From positions 18,262 through 82,261 of the IMG/VR virus record IMGVR_UViG_3300020182_000022: 64,000 nucleotides of DNA; one strand, written 5' to 3'. The notes beneath the pieces are model-generated. The model was given only the letters and a program-made list of their open reading frames with translations, did no database searches and was not told the DNA's origin. The position numbers were made by a program, and so were the translations under genes. The stretch comes from a virus. Positions 39,303 to 48,123 of this stretch are shown here, in pieces. Position 1 is the stretch's first letter, and each line of letters begins with the position of its first letter.

Positions 39303-39978
39303 TCTTGTATTGATTGTAAAATATTTGTTGTGACTCTTGAAATGTTTTATCGTTGATGTCTCTCAAGCCTGGGCTCGCATGAGTGACATGAATAGGATAT
39401 GTTCCTATTTTGAGTTTCAATTTGTTCGCATCTAAACAACTCGAGAGATCGTAATGATGAAATTTGAACGACTCATTAAATTTCCATCCAGCCTGCAATA
39501 CATTCTTCAGATTTACAGCCATGAACAATCCATCAATCACAAGACATCTTTTAGGCCATGGACCGAAGCTAGTCACTCCTAACTGACTACTATCATTGAT
39601 TGGATGTGACACCGCGCCTGACATGTCTTCACGTTCACTCATGACGTGCCACAAGCATGGTTGTTTGATTTTAACTTTGCTAGAACCAGCTAGTCCTACA
39701 ATATCGTACTTCATCTGATTCATCGCAGTATACAACTTACCTTTCAATTTCAGGTCATCGATAAACACATCATCATGCACAAACAACACAATATCATGTT
39801 TGATTAGATTTTCTGCTGTTAACTGTCTGTTGTATGCTTGTGACAAACCAGACTTGTTGTTAGCATTGATAACAACAGTCACATCGTTTTTTAATTCATT
39901 GAGAGATTTCGCTAACATTGAATCTCTTCCGTCACCCTTGGAGCAAGTGACTACTAATATCTTTCTCATTTCGTTCAT
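39295..39978 (-). CDS. Glycosyltransferase, GT-A (GT2-like)
   Basis: GLSQAYN, LFVHDDVFIDD (DxD-type), IVGLAG, VIDGLF, FHHYD, HASPG; start MNEMRK at 39978 overlaps the GATase stop (ATGA). Confidence 0.85.
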   Translation of the reverse strand: MNEMRKILVVTCSKGDGRDSMLAKSLNELKNDVTVVINANNKSGLSQAYNRQLTAENLIKHDIVLFVHDDVFIDDLKLKGKLYTAMNQMKYDIVGLAGSSKVKIKQPCLWHVMSEREDMSGAVSHPINDSSQLGVTSFGPWPKRCLVIDGLFMAVNLKNVLQAGWKFNESFKFHHYDLSSCLDANKLKLKIGTYPIHVTHASPGLRDINDKTFQESQQIFYNQYKNE

Positions 39979-40676
39979 AGGAAAAATGGGCTGTTTGATT
40001 GGAATTCTCCGCATGTCGCTAATCCTTCCGTAGTTGAGCAATATATGACACCTTCTCTGAGTTCTTCTTCGACAACACCAGGCACTTTGATGGAACTAAA
40101 CTCACCGGTGTCAGTATTACCAAACAACGTGCTGCCGCTTCTCACCAGGAATGTACATCCGGTCAGCTTGCTGTATATCCAGCATGCGAAGGTTCCTTGC
40201 AATTGATTACAAGCCTTTTCTAAAGCCACAATCTCAGCTGTTCTCTTGCCTTCATCTAACTCCTCACCTAAGAATTCCTCGCTAAACTCAAATACTAATG
40301 ATATTAAAGCTGGTATCACTGAGCTGTCTACTGAATTGTAATGATCTGGCATCAACTCCTCTACTAATTGTCTGTCATTCTGCAAGACACCGTTATGAGC
40401 CACTATATAATAGAAGTCTTCAAATGGATGGCTTGTTACAGGGCTGAACTCGCGATTGGACGATGTAGGAGCTTGTGTGTGACCTAAAAATTGATTGTAA
40501 TCACCTGAGAAAGCGTAATCACCGGTAAGATCCACCACATTCGGATCTTTTCGGATGTAAATCTCCCGGCCTCTTGTTGTGTATAAGCTACCATACGAGA
40601 AATTACCTCTCTCGCGATTAGCAATGTATAATTTCTCATAATTTTTAAATATTGTTGAACCGAAAATACCGCACAT
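39975..40676 (-). CDS. Class-II (Ntn) glutamine amidotransferase
   Basis: N-terminal MCGIFG (catalytic Cys), ERG, LGHTQAPT, HPF, AHNGVL, VDS. Confidence 0.9.
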   Translation of the reverse strand: MCGIFGSTIFKNYEKLYIANRERGNFSYGSLYTTRGREIYIRKDPNVVDLTGDYAFSGDYNQFLGHTQAPTSSNREFSPVTSHPFEDFYYIVAHNGVLQNDRQLVEELMPDHYNSVDSSVIPALISLVFEFSEEFLGEELDEGKRTAEIVALEKACNQLQGTFACWIYSKLTGCTFLVRSGSTLFGNTDTGEFSSIKVPGVVEEELREGVIYCSTTEGLATCGEFQSNSPFFL

Positions 40677-40682
40677 AGTTAT

Positions 40683-40711
40683 ATTATAGCTGAGCTAACT
40701 GTTTATCGCAA
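40683..40711 (-). promoter_or_regulatory. sigma70-type promoter for the GATase gene
   Basis: TTGCGA-17-TATAAT-6-ATG(40676). Confidence 0.75.
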
Positions 40712-41408
40712 CACAATTGTGTGACTTCCATGGTATTTCTCTGCTGTATGGTATTGGGTCAATATAACCAGCTTCTAAAAATCCTTGAATACGTGAACTA
40801 CATGCCGTGCACTCCCCACATGCCTCGTCTTTACCTTCATAACAAGTCCATGTATTAGAGAAGTCTACTCCTAGCTCGACACCCATTCTGATGATCTCAG
40901 CTTTGCTCTTGTCAATCAGAGGCGCTTCTATTGTGACTCGATCGCGTCTGTTCAATTGGTTTACGTTGTTGATCGCTTCTAGAAACTCTTTGCTACCGTC
41001 CCAGAATCCTGCTTGACTGTCAACCAGAGCAGATCCATGGAACACGGTACTAGCGCCAATTGATTCTGCATATGCTGTGCATATAGACAACATCATCATG
41101 TTTCTGTTAGGTACATAATTGACAGTTTGTGGGTCTCCTAACACATCTCTCGCTTTTGCTACATCAATATCATCATTAGTCAGAGCACTAGTTGTCACAA
41201 TGTCTTTGAAGAACTTTAGATCTAGTATCTTGAGGTTTTCTTGTTTGGTTCTGTGTATTGTATTTTGTGCGCAAACCAATTCTTTGTCTCTGTGTTTCTG
41301 TCCATAATCATACCCAACGGCCTGAATTTCATATCCTTTTGATCTAGCGAGATGGTATATCACTGTGGAGTCTAAACCACCGCTTAACGGTACAATACAT
41401 TTATCCAT
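40695..41408 (-). CDS. queC: 7-cyano-7-deazaguanine synthase
   Basis: PLSGGLDST, YGQKH, YVPNRN, APL...SKAEI, TWTCY...CGECTAC; start MDKCIV at 41408. Confidence 0.95.
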   Translation of the reverse strand: MDKCIVPLSGGLDSTVIYHLARSKGYEIQAVGYDYGQKHRDKELVCAQNTIHRTKQENLKILDLKFFKDIVTTSALTNDDIDVAKARDVLGDPQTVNYVPNRNMMMLSICTAYAESIGASTVFHGSALVDSQAGFWDGSKEFLEAINNVNQLNRRDRVTIEAPLIDKSKAEIIRMGVELGVDFSNTWTCYEGKDEACGECTACSSRIQGFLEAGYIDPIPYSREIPWKSHNCVAINS

Positions 41409-41415
41409 AGTTTTT

Positions 41416-41444
41416 ATTATATGAACTATATAAAATGAAGGCAA
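41416..41444 (-). promoter_or_regulatory. sigma70-type promoter for queC
   Basis: TTGCCT-17-TATAAT-7-ATG(41408); a divergent late motif TATAAGTA lies at 41450-41457. Confidence 0.8.
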
Positions 41445-41462
41445 CTTAATATAAGTAATGTT

Positions 41463-43418
41463 ATGAGCAGCAGAAAGTACAATACTAATGACAATGATTT
41501 AATCTGGGAGAGTTTTCAAAACCGCACAAACCACAAGATCTCCAAGCAGAATAGTAGATACAGTGAATTGTTAGAGAACGATCTCAAGTATATCGAAGAA
41601 TTTCTAATCAGAGAAGGTATTTGGGATAAGGTTAAAGGTGCTGCTGGTGCTGCTGCCGGTAAGGTGAAGGATTTTGCTGCTGATAAGATCATGAAGCCTT
41701 TGATGGATATGTTGGCTGCAGCTATTCAGAAAGACCCAGCATCTGCTGAGAAGTTACCAGAACTTCAACAAGCTGCTCAAGGTGGTGGAGATATTGGAGC
41801 AATTTTACAGGCAAGTGGTGATCAAAGTATCATGAAGCAAATTGAAGGTCAACCAGATGCAGCTGCAGGTGGTGTAGCGGATCCGGCAGATCCGGAAGCG
41901 GCTGCCGCTCCACAGGCTGAGTCGTACTTGTATCAATTTAATATGAACAAAATGATTTGTGAGACTTTGGTTGATCAAGGAATCATTTCAGAATCAAAAT
42001 CTCAAATCATTCAAGAGAGACGGAAATTCGAAGCCGCGAATGTCCTGTTTGAGTCTCTAAAGAAAAACACACAACCGAAAGATTGTCCATGGATGCCTAA
42101 TCTCGTCATTGAGAAAGACGTGAGAGGTGCTGACGGAAGGTTTGCAGCCGGTAACCAATCAGGTGTTCAGTACGCACCAGCAGATGCACCAACAGCAGAA
42201 GCTCCAGCGGCGGCTCCGGCAGCCGGAGGCGGTTATACTGGTAGTGTTCGGAAGGACGTTAGTGTACTAAAGAGTAACATAAAGCAATTCTTAAAAGCTA
42301 ATCCAAAGATGGCGACAGATGGTAGGTTCAAGAGTATTGAGCAGATGGTAAGCGGACTGGATCGAGAGGGGCGAACAGCAGAGACTCCAGCAGAGGCTCC
42401 AGCAGAGGCTCCAGCAACCGGTACACCAGAGGCTCCAGCAGAGGCTCCAGCAACCAGTACACCAGAGGCTCCAGCAACCAGTACACCAGAGGCTCCAGCA
42501 GCAAAGCCAGAAGGTACACCAGGACCAGCAGCACCAACAGTAGGTGCAGGGGGTGCGTCAATGCCAGCTGAGAAGCCGGTAGCAGACGGTGCAACACCAG
42601 CAGGTGGTGCTCCAACACCAGCGGACGGAGCTAAGGCACCAGGAATTTTAGGTAAGGTTTGGAATTTTGTTAAGGCTAACAAGGGTGCAATTGGTGGTCT
42701 TGCTGCCATGGGTATTGCTGCAGCGTTAATCGCAGGTGGAGGTCCTTTTGCCATACCGGCTACTAGATATCTAACCGGTGCTCTTATGGGTGGTGTTAGA
42801 GGTGCTATAAAAGGTGCAAAGGGTACTGAGGGTGGTATGATGGATAAATTTAAAGGGGCAGCTAATCAAGCTGGTGCAGATTCAATGAAAGGTGGAGCGG
42901 TTGGAATTGCTGCCGGTATGGCTGGAGATGCAGTTGGTAGTGTGATGGGTGGAGCTGCTAATGCTGCTGCAGACGGTCAAGTGCCTAGTGCAGCTGCTGA
43001 ACCATACGTTGAGCCAAGTGCTGAGCCGATGGACCAGACTTCAGATTATGGAGGTAATCCAGAAGACTATAGTGCTGGTGGTCAATATGATATGGAAACA
43101 CCAGAGATCGCCGGTACTAGTGGTGGTTTTAATCCTGAAACTGGTGAGAGTAACATGGACATGTCGGATGAAGAAGCTGCTGCGTTCAATGCTCAAGATG
43201 CTAACGGCGAAACACCAGGAGTAGATTACCAAGAACCTACCGCAAAATCAGCTGCTGAAGCTGAAGCTGGAGTAGGTCAAATTGATCCTGTAACCGGAAA
43301 GAAAATCGAAATGATTGACCCAGAAAACAAACCAGGGTTCTTTAAGAAATTAGGATCATTTCTGCCAGGTGGGACTACACCTAGAGAGGTGTGGGGTTCG
43401 AACACCGGCAAAGGTTAA
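41463..43418 (+). CDS. Large Ala/Pro/Gly-rich late protein with a hydrophobic segment, possible internal virion protein
   Basis: Late motif 5 nt upstream; IWE/LLE/IRE sites; EAPA repeats; hydrophobic GAIGGLAAMGIAAALIAGG and glycine-zipper-like stretch. Confidence 0.75.
   Translation: MSSRKYNTNDNDLIWESFQNRTNHKISKQNSRYSELLENDLKYIEEFLIREGIWDKVKGAAGAAAGKVKDFAADKIMKPLMDMLAAAIQKDPASAEKLPELQQAAQGGGDIGAILQASGDQSIMKQIEGQPDAAAGGVADPADPEAAAAPQAESYLYQFNMNKMICETLVDQGIISESKSQIIQERRKFEAANVLFESLKKNTQPKDCPWMPNLVIEKDVRGADGRFAAGNQSGVQYAPADAPTAEAPAAAPAAGGGYTGSVRKDVSVLKSNIKQFLKANPKMATDGRFKSIEQMVSGLDREGRTAETPAEAPAEAPATGTPEAPAEAPATSTPEAPATSTPEAPAAKPEGTPGPAAPTVGAGGASMPAEKPVADGATPAGGAPTPADGAKAPGILGKVWNFVKANKGAIGGLAAMGIAAALIAGGGPFAIPATRYLTGALMGGVRGAIKGAKGTEGGMMDKFKGAANQAGADSMKGGAVGIAAGMAGDAVGSVMGGAANAAADGQVPSAAAEPYVEPSAEPMDQTSDYGGNPEDYSAGGQYDMETPEIAGTSGGFNPETGESNMDMSDEEAAAFNAQDANGETPGVDYQEPTAKSAAEAEAGVGQIDPVTGKKIEMIDPENKPGFFKKLGSFLPGGTTPREVWGSNTGKG
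42381..42500 (+). repeat. In-frame 12-bp unit array
   Basis: Ten 12-bp units: GAGGCTCCAGCA (6 exact, 1 variant) interspersed with ACC(A/G)GTACACCA (3), encoding EAPA and T(S/G)TP. Confidence 0.9.
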
Positions 43419-44560
43419 GCTGATATCTTTACAGTCTTAGTAGACTTTTTAGTCTCATCTACAACCACATCATCAACACTGTAACTGTATTGCTTTTTGA
43501 GTTGTTTCTCGAGATTAGGTAGGATATGCGTATCCCATAGATCAGTATCACTCTTCCAGTTCTTGTAATACCCTAATTTCTTACCAGGTACACCGTCTTT
43601 TCCACTAGGTAATATAAATGTACTACCAGTCTGCTCAATCACACCATGATTGACTGCCATCTCTCTAAGACCACTATACAAGTCTAGACCCTTCTTGAAG
43701 TTTAAATATGCTTCACATTCTAAAAATGGTGGTACAAATCGATTCTTCACAGTCAATGCACGTAACGTGGTACCACTAACCTTGTTAGCTTCAGGTAACA
43801 ACTCATCTGATTCTTCTCCTCTGCTGGCATCATGCTTTTCATCTCTTTTAGCTAGTTGTACTAACACGCTCGCAAGATACACAGGGCCTTTGCCTCCACT
43901 TTGAGCTTTAACTAGAGTTGGAAACATCGCACTTGGATCATCATATGTATGATTACTGAACAATATAGTAACACCGGCTTGCGCAGCTTTGAATGTTAAC
44001 AATCTCATCATGCTCTTGAGACCTTTTGCTCTGGTACCCATGTCAGTAGCTGATTTACCTTTTTCAGCGTCATCTACTTCCTTTTGACTTGCTAAATTAC
44101 CAAGACTATCAATACTGATGATGAATTTATCACGCATTTTTGACTCGATAACACTATCCAGGAAGGCTGATATTTGATTCCTGCAATCTTCAACTGTTTG
44201 TACCGGTACATACTTGACTTGATCATTATCTAAACCAACTCCAGTGGTACTACTAGCATCTACAGCTGCTTCTGTATCAAATATAACAGGTACCATGCCT
44301 TTCTTTTGCGCATTCGCTAATATCTTGTTGATAATGTAAGTCTTACCAGCTGCACTCGGTCCACTGAACCCAGTTATTCTGCCCATAGGCACACCACCAT
44401 AAAGACTACCGGAGATAATAGCATTTAATGCCATACAACCGGTATCTACGTGGTCAGTCACATTGCTGAGCGCGCTTTCTGATAGAAATTTTGCTTCTGG
44501 GTTGAGTTTCTCAAGTTTATCAAAAACTTTGAGAATATCCTTGTCTAGTTTACTCATCAA
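43415..44560 (-). CDS. uvsX: RecA-like recombinase
   Basis: DTGCMALNAIISG, GPSAAGKT, FDTE, IDSLGNL, DMGTRAK, SGGKG, KNRF. Confidence 0.95.
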   Translation of the reverse strand: MMSKLDKDILKVFDKLEKLNPEAKFLSESALSNVTDHVDTGCMALNAIISGSLYGGVPMGRITGFSGPSAAGKTYIINKILANAQKKGMVPVIFDTEAAVDASSTTGVGLDNDQVKYVPVQTVEDCRNQISAFLDSVIESKMRDKFIISIDSLGNLASQKEVDDAEKGKSATDMGTRAKGLKSMMRLLTFKAAQAGVTILFSNHTYDDPSAMFPTLVKAQSGGKGPVYLASVLVQLAKRDEKHDASRGEESDELLPEANKVSGTTLRALTVKNRFVPPFLECEAYLNFKKGLDLYSGLREMAVNHGVIEQTGSTFILPSGKDGVPGKKLGYYKNWKSDTDLWDTHILPNLEKQLKKQYSYSVDDVVVDETKKSTKTVKISA

Positions 44561-44903
44561 ATAGTTTCACAACTTCAGGTTCGGTTTTTTCAGGAGCTGC
44601 TACTGGTTTATTAAAAATGTTCTTGTATTGCTGAATGATTGGATCATCTAGTTCAATATTATCACTAGTCACAGTGTTGTCTGTATTGAACTTCCAGATA
44701 ACGCCAGATTCACGTGTTTCAGCTTTGACAAACTCACGGAAAATAAAGGGTAACAGTTGAACTGATATCTGACCATTCTCTTGATTGACTTGTACATTAA
44801 CAACCGCTGGTTCCTTAATCGACATGATTTTCTCTACTGTTTCAACGTGCTCTCCCACGATAACACGACCTACACTATCTACAAATGCTTTAATATTACT
44901 CAT
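44550..44903 (-). CDS. Hypothetical protein (small beta-barrel, Sm-like?)
   Basis: 117 aa with its own sigma70 promoter. Confidence 0.7.
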   Translation of the reverse strand: MSNIKAFVDSVGRVIVGEHVETVEKIMSIKEPAVVNVQVNQENGQISVQLLPFIFREFVKAETRESGVIWKFNTDNTVTSDNIELDDPIIQQYKNIFNKPVAAPEKTEPEVVKLFDE

Positions 44904-44909
44904 ACTCTT

Positions 44910-44938
44910 ATTATATGAACTTTGAGTGTGTTAATCAA
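44910..44938 (-). promoter_or_regulatory. sigma70-type promoter
   Basis: TTGATT-17-TATAAT-6-ATG(44903). Confidence 0.82.
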
Positions 44939-45155
44939 CGGCTTTTTTCTTGAAGTATATACGAATTATATACTTTCTGATGATAGCTATTGCTGTGAAC
45001 ACAACCCATGTGAGTACAGCGGTGTTGAACACAGACATTTTTGAGTTAAACGCAAAATATAGTACTGCTAGGTTCAATGGGAAGTTTATAACTGTACCTA
45101 TCGCTGTGTCTGTGATGGCTTCTATCCATGCTTTCTTGTTATCGAAGAACTTCAT
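44931..45155 (-). CDS. Small two-helix membrane protein
   Basis: MKFFDNKKAWIEAITDTAIG...FTAIAIIRKYIIRIYF; ATGA overlap with the polymerase stop. Confidence 0.7.
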   Translation of the reverse strand: MKFFDNKKAWIEAITDTAIGTVINFPLNLAVLYFAFNSKMSVFNTAVLTWVVFTAIAIIRKYIIRIYFKKKAVD

Positions 45156-47716
45156 ACACCTAATAAATCGAACAGATCTGTTTGTACTTGATTTGATGGT
45201 TTGCTCAAGCGCCAATTGACAGCTTCATAAAATCTCTCAATCATACTGAAGATCAACTTCTCAAACATCTTCTCAATGTCTGGTTCGAATATAGCTTTGA
45301 ACTCATCTGGATAATAGTACTTGTAGGCTATTGCCTGTATGCCATACTTGTTGGGTTGATTGACATAAAAATACCTAACCTTGTCTCCAGTCTCGATTGT
45401 CTCGTACTTTCCACTCAGATCCAACTTCTCTAACAACATATTATAATGATATGCTGCTTTCACGTGAGCTGGCATTCCTTTGCATGTCACAAATCCATTG
45501 CATCTCGTGGAGTACTTCTCGTAGTCGGATATACCCATGGCAAATGAGTAGTCCTCTACTGGTAGTTTCTTGAATATCTCGTAAGCCTCTAAAAACACAT
45601 CGTTCGTTGTGCTTCTAGACTCTGTATCCATCATTGTCTCAACTATCTGCTTGACATATGGTTTGATTGGTGCTGGCATGGTGCTTCTAACAACCTCCAC
45701 ACCAGTATACTTGAATTTATTGACAGGTATACCTTCATCATCTAACACTCGCATCACATATCGTTTCTTCTGCAAGAATATACCAACATCACTCATACAT
45801 TCCCTCTTAAACACGAATCTACTGTCTTTACTGTTGAGAGAGGTTCCACTCCACTTGGTTATCTCTGTATTTAAGTGATTCTCGAGCTTGTCTGCTTGTT
45901 CGTATGCGTGTTTTGATATTTTAAAATCGGTATGAAACGGTTTGTCTATCTTTTTCATCAGGCGATTGATGGATATATAAGAACTATCTGTGTCATTATA
46001 GATGATCGGATCTAAACCAGATTCACCATGGTCGTCAATGTATTCACGTAGAATATCGTTCGATTTCTTGATGACAGCTTGACCGGTTAATGTGATACTA
46101 CGTGCTATATCAGGATCACCAATAGGAGCATGTTTGTTACCAAAATATCCATATACAGTGTTGATCAAAATCTTTAATGTGAACTGCTTTATGTCGAATT
46201 GATCAGCTTTCTTCTTGATAGCTGCGTAATCCTTGTCAGTTTTATCCATCTTAGACAGTTTCACCTTGAGTACTTGTAGTTCTTTCTTTATCTCTACTCT
46301 CTGTTGATATATGCCATCGACAATCTCCGGCATGATGCCTTTCTTGTTCTGTGAAAACAATATTTTAGCTCTGGTTATTGCTATGTTGTCCTTTTTAATG
46401 AATTCTAAGAACTTATCATGTGTTAATGTGAATGATTTGCCTGATACATGGGTGATATGTACATGCTCTTCATCTTTATGAGTAATCTTACCTACTTTAG
46501 TCTCTGGACTCAAGTTTAGTGATATCATTGTGTTGGGATATAGACTATTTGCATCAAAACTAACAACATCATGCTGAAACCCTCGTTGAGGTTCACCTAC
46601 ATAAGCACCCTCATACTTAGCCGCGTTTGTATGGTCCTTTATGAAGGTAGGTACGACTAATCCCTTGCTTCTAGCCTTAATTATAGTGGCTCCAGTGATA
46701 ACGCTCAATGTACCCATGGCAGACTCTATATTAGTCAGTCCAGTATATGCTAACATGCGTAATAACTCTAGATATCGTAATTTATCCTCCATTTTCACGA
46801 GTAGATTAACGTCTTGTACATTATACTCAACGAATGTCTGCCAATCATCATCAGCTAATGCTGATAAGTTGGTATTACCATAGTCTACCTTGCGCTCTCC
46901 TAACTCTCTTTCAGCTATTGCATCTAGTTTATAACTCTCACGTAGACCAACACTGAATTTCTTGTATATATCAAGATAATCGATACACGACACACCAGTT
47001 ATATACCATCTCTGTTGCTCTCTACCGAAAGCACCGGTCACCATGCGACTATATATGTTATTCACTGGTGAAAGTTGTTTAGCATCAGATTCATCAAGAA
47101 CATTTGCAGTTCTATTGATAATATAAGGCATATCGAAACCTTCACTGTTCCATCCGGAGATGATATCCGGGCTAGCGTTATGTATGTAGTTTAACATGCA
47201 TCTCAGTAGGATCGCTTCAGTCTCACAGTATACATACTCACAATTGTCTATCTTTTTCTGTAATTTCTTCGTTCCCCATGTGTAAAATTTGTTATCTAGT
47301 GAATCATATATAGTAACAACGTTGATTGGTTGAGATGCTTCTTCTGGGGTGGGAAAGAAGTCAGGACAATACACCTCTATATCAATATAGAATATTCTCA
47401 ATGGATGTTGTGTAAACTCTAAGTTCTCGTTCTCTTTGCTATATGTGTCTATTAGAAACTGTTGCTCTGGTCTGATATTTTCGAATACTCTATTAGATCC
47501 TAACTCTTTTATGAAGTTATTACGAGTTCTACTGTCTCTAAACACTCTCTTACGTAAAGGTGTCTCGAATATACTCGTAGCATCACTTTTAAGCGTCGTC
47601 TCCACGTATAGATAGGGGTTGAAGCTAACATCCGTCATGATCCTCTTACCTTCCTTATCCCATGTGAATAGCGTTACAGTTTCATCTCTAGGATTATAAC
47701 AAACATTGCGGTACAT
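45152..47716 (-). CDS. gp43: DNA polymerase, family B
   Basis: Exo motifs DIEV, GWNSEGFDMPY, YNVQDV; pol motifs SFDANSLYP, KILINTVYG, YNDTDS, KKRY. Confidence 0.97.
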   Translation of the reverse strand: MYRNVCYNPRDETVTLFTWDKEGKRIMTDVSFNPYLYVETTLKSDATSIFETPLRKRVFRDSRTRNNFIKELGSNRVFENIRPEQQFLIDTYSKENENLEFTQHPLRIFYIDIEVYCPDFFPTPEEASQPINVVTIYDSLDNKFYTWGTKKLQKKIDNCEYVYCETEAILLRCMLNYIHNASPDIISGWNSEGFDMPYIINRTANVLDESDAKQLSPVNNIYSRMVTGAFGREQQRWYITGVSCIDYLDIYKKFSVGLRESYKLDAIAERELGERKVDYGNTNLSALADDDWQTFVEYNVQDVNLLVKMEDKLRYLELLRMLAYTGLTNIESAMGTLSVITGATIIKARSKGLVVPTFIKDHTNAAKYEGAYVGEPQRGFQHDVVSFDANSLYPNTMISLNLSPETKVGKITHKDEEHVHITHVSGKSFTLTHDKFLEFIKKDNIAITRAKILFSQNKKGIMPEIVDGIYQQRVEIKKELQVLKVKLSKMDKTDKDYAAIKKKADQFDIKQFTLKILINTVYGYFGNKHAPIGDPDIARSITLTGQAVIKKSNDILREYIDDHGESGLDPIIYNDTDSSYISINRLMKKIDKPFHTDFKISKHAYEQADKLENHLNTEITKWSGTSLNSKDSRFVFKRECMSDVGIFLQKKRYVMRVLDDEGIPVNKFKYTGVEVVRSTMPAPIKPYVKQIVETMMDTESRSTTNDVFLEAYEIFKKLPVEDYSFAMGISDYEKYSTRCNGFVTCKGMPAHVKAAYHYNMLLEKLDLSGKYETIETGDKVRYFYVNQPNKYGIQAIAYKYYYPDEFKAIFEPDIEKMFEKLIFSMIERFYEAVNWRLSKPSNQVQTDLFDLLGV

Positions 47717-47722
47717 ATTTAT

Positions 47723-47751
47723 ATTATAGTGTATTTTGATGTAAAGCTCAA
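47723..47751 (-). promoter_or_regulatory. sigma70-type promoter for DNA polymerase
   Basis: TTGAGC-17-TATAAT-6-ATG(47716). Confidence 0.8.
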
Positions 47752-47763
47752 CTAAGTAATGAT

Positions 47764-48123
47764 GTGATTAGAGATTCAGACAAGATAGCAAAGGTTATTA
47801 TTAAAAGAGGTAAAACAGTACTATTCCTACAGAAAGACTCCGGAGAGTGGGAACTACCAGGTGGTCACTTACATGTAGGTGAGAAATACCGCGCAGGTGC
47901 CAAGAGAGAAGTCATGGAAGAGACAGGTATTCGAATCTCTAAGCTAAAAGCAATAGTCGCAACTAAAGGCTTTAAGTTATATGCTGCCATGCCTAGGAAC
48001 AACAAAGTTGACCTGTCAGATGAACACACTGACTACACATGGGTCACCAAACAGCAGGTTAAACAATTGAAGTTATCCAACTCAACCAAGATCAACCTCA
48101 AGTTTATATTAGATACCATTTAG
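47764..48123 (+). CDS. NUDIX hydrolase
   Basis: WELPGGHLHVGEKYRAGAKREVMEETG Nudix box and LSDEH; ACTAAGTA 5 nt before the GTG. Confidence 0.92.
   Translation: MIRDSDKIAKVIIKRGKTVLFLQKDSGEWELPGGHLHVGEKYRAGAKREVMEETGIRISKLKAIVATKGFKLYAAMPRNNKVDLSDEHTDYTWVTKQQVKQLKLSNSTKINLKFILDTI

Noticed and set aside
39975-41408. QueC as part of a Qat or type IV CBASS defence system
   Set aside because: No ATPase/TatD or cyclase neighbours; this QueC is canonical in length and folE is present, favouring preQ0 synthesis.
42381-42500. Repeat array as a possible CRISPR or iteron
   Set aside because: Units are 12 bp, in frame, without unique spacers, and encode a Pro/Ala linker.
23959-47716. Inteins, introns or homing endonucleases in terminase, helicase, uvsX or polymerase
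   Set aside because: All have ordinary lengths and contiguous motifs.
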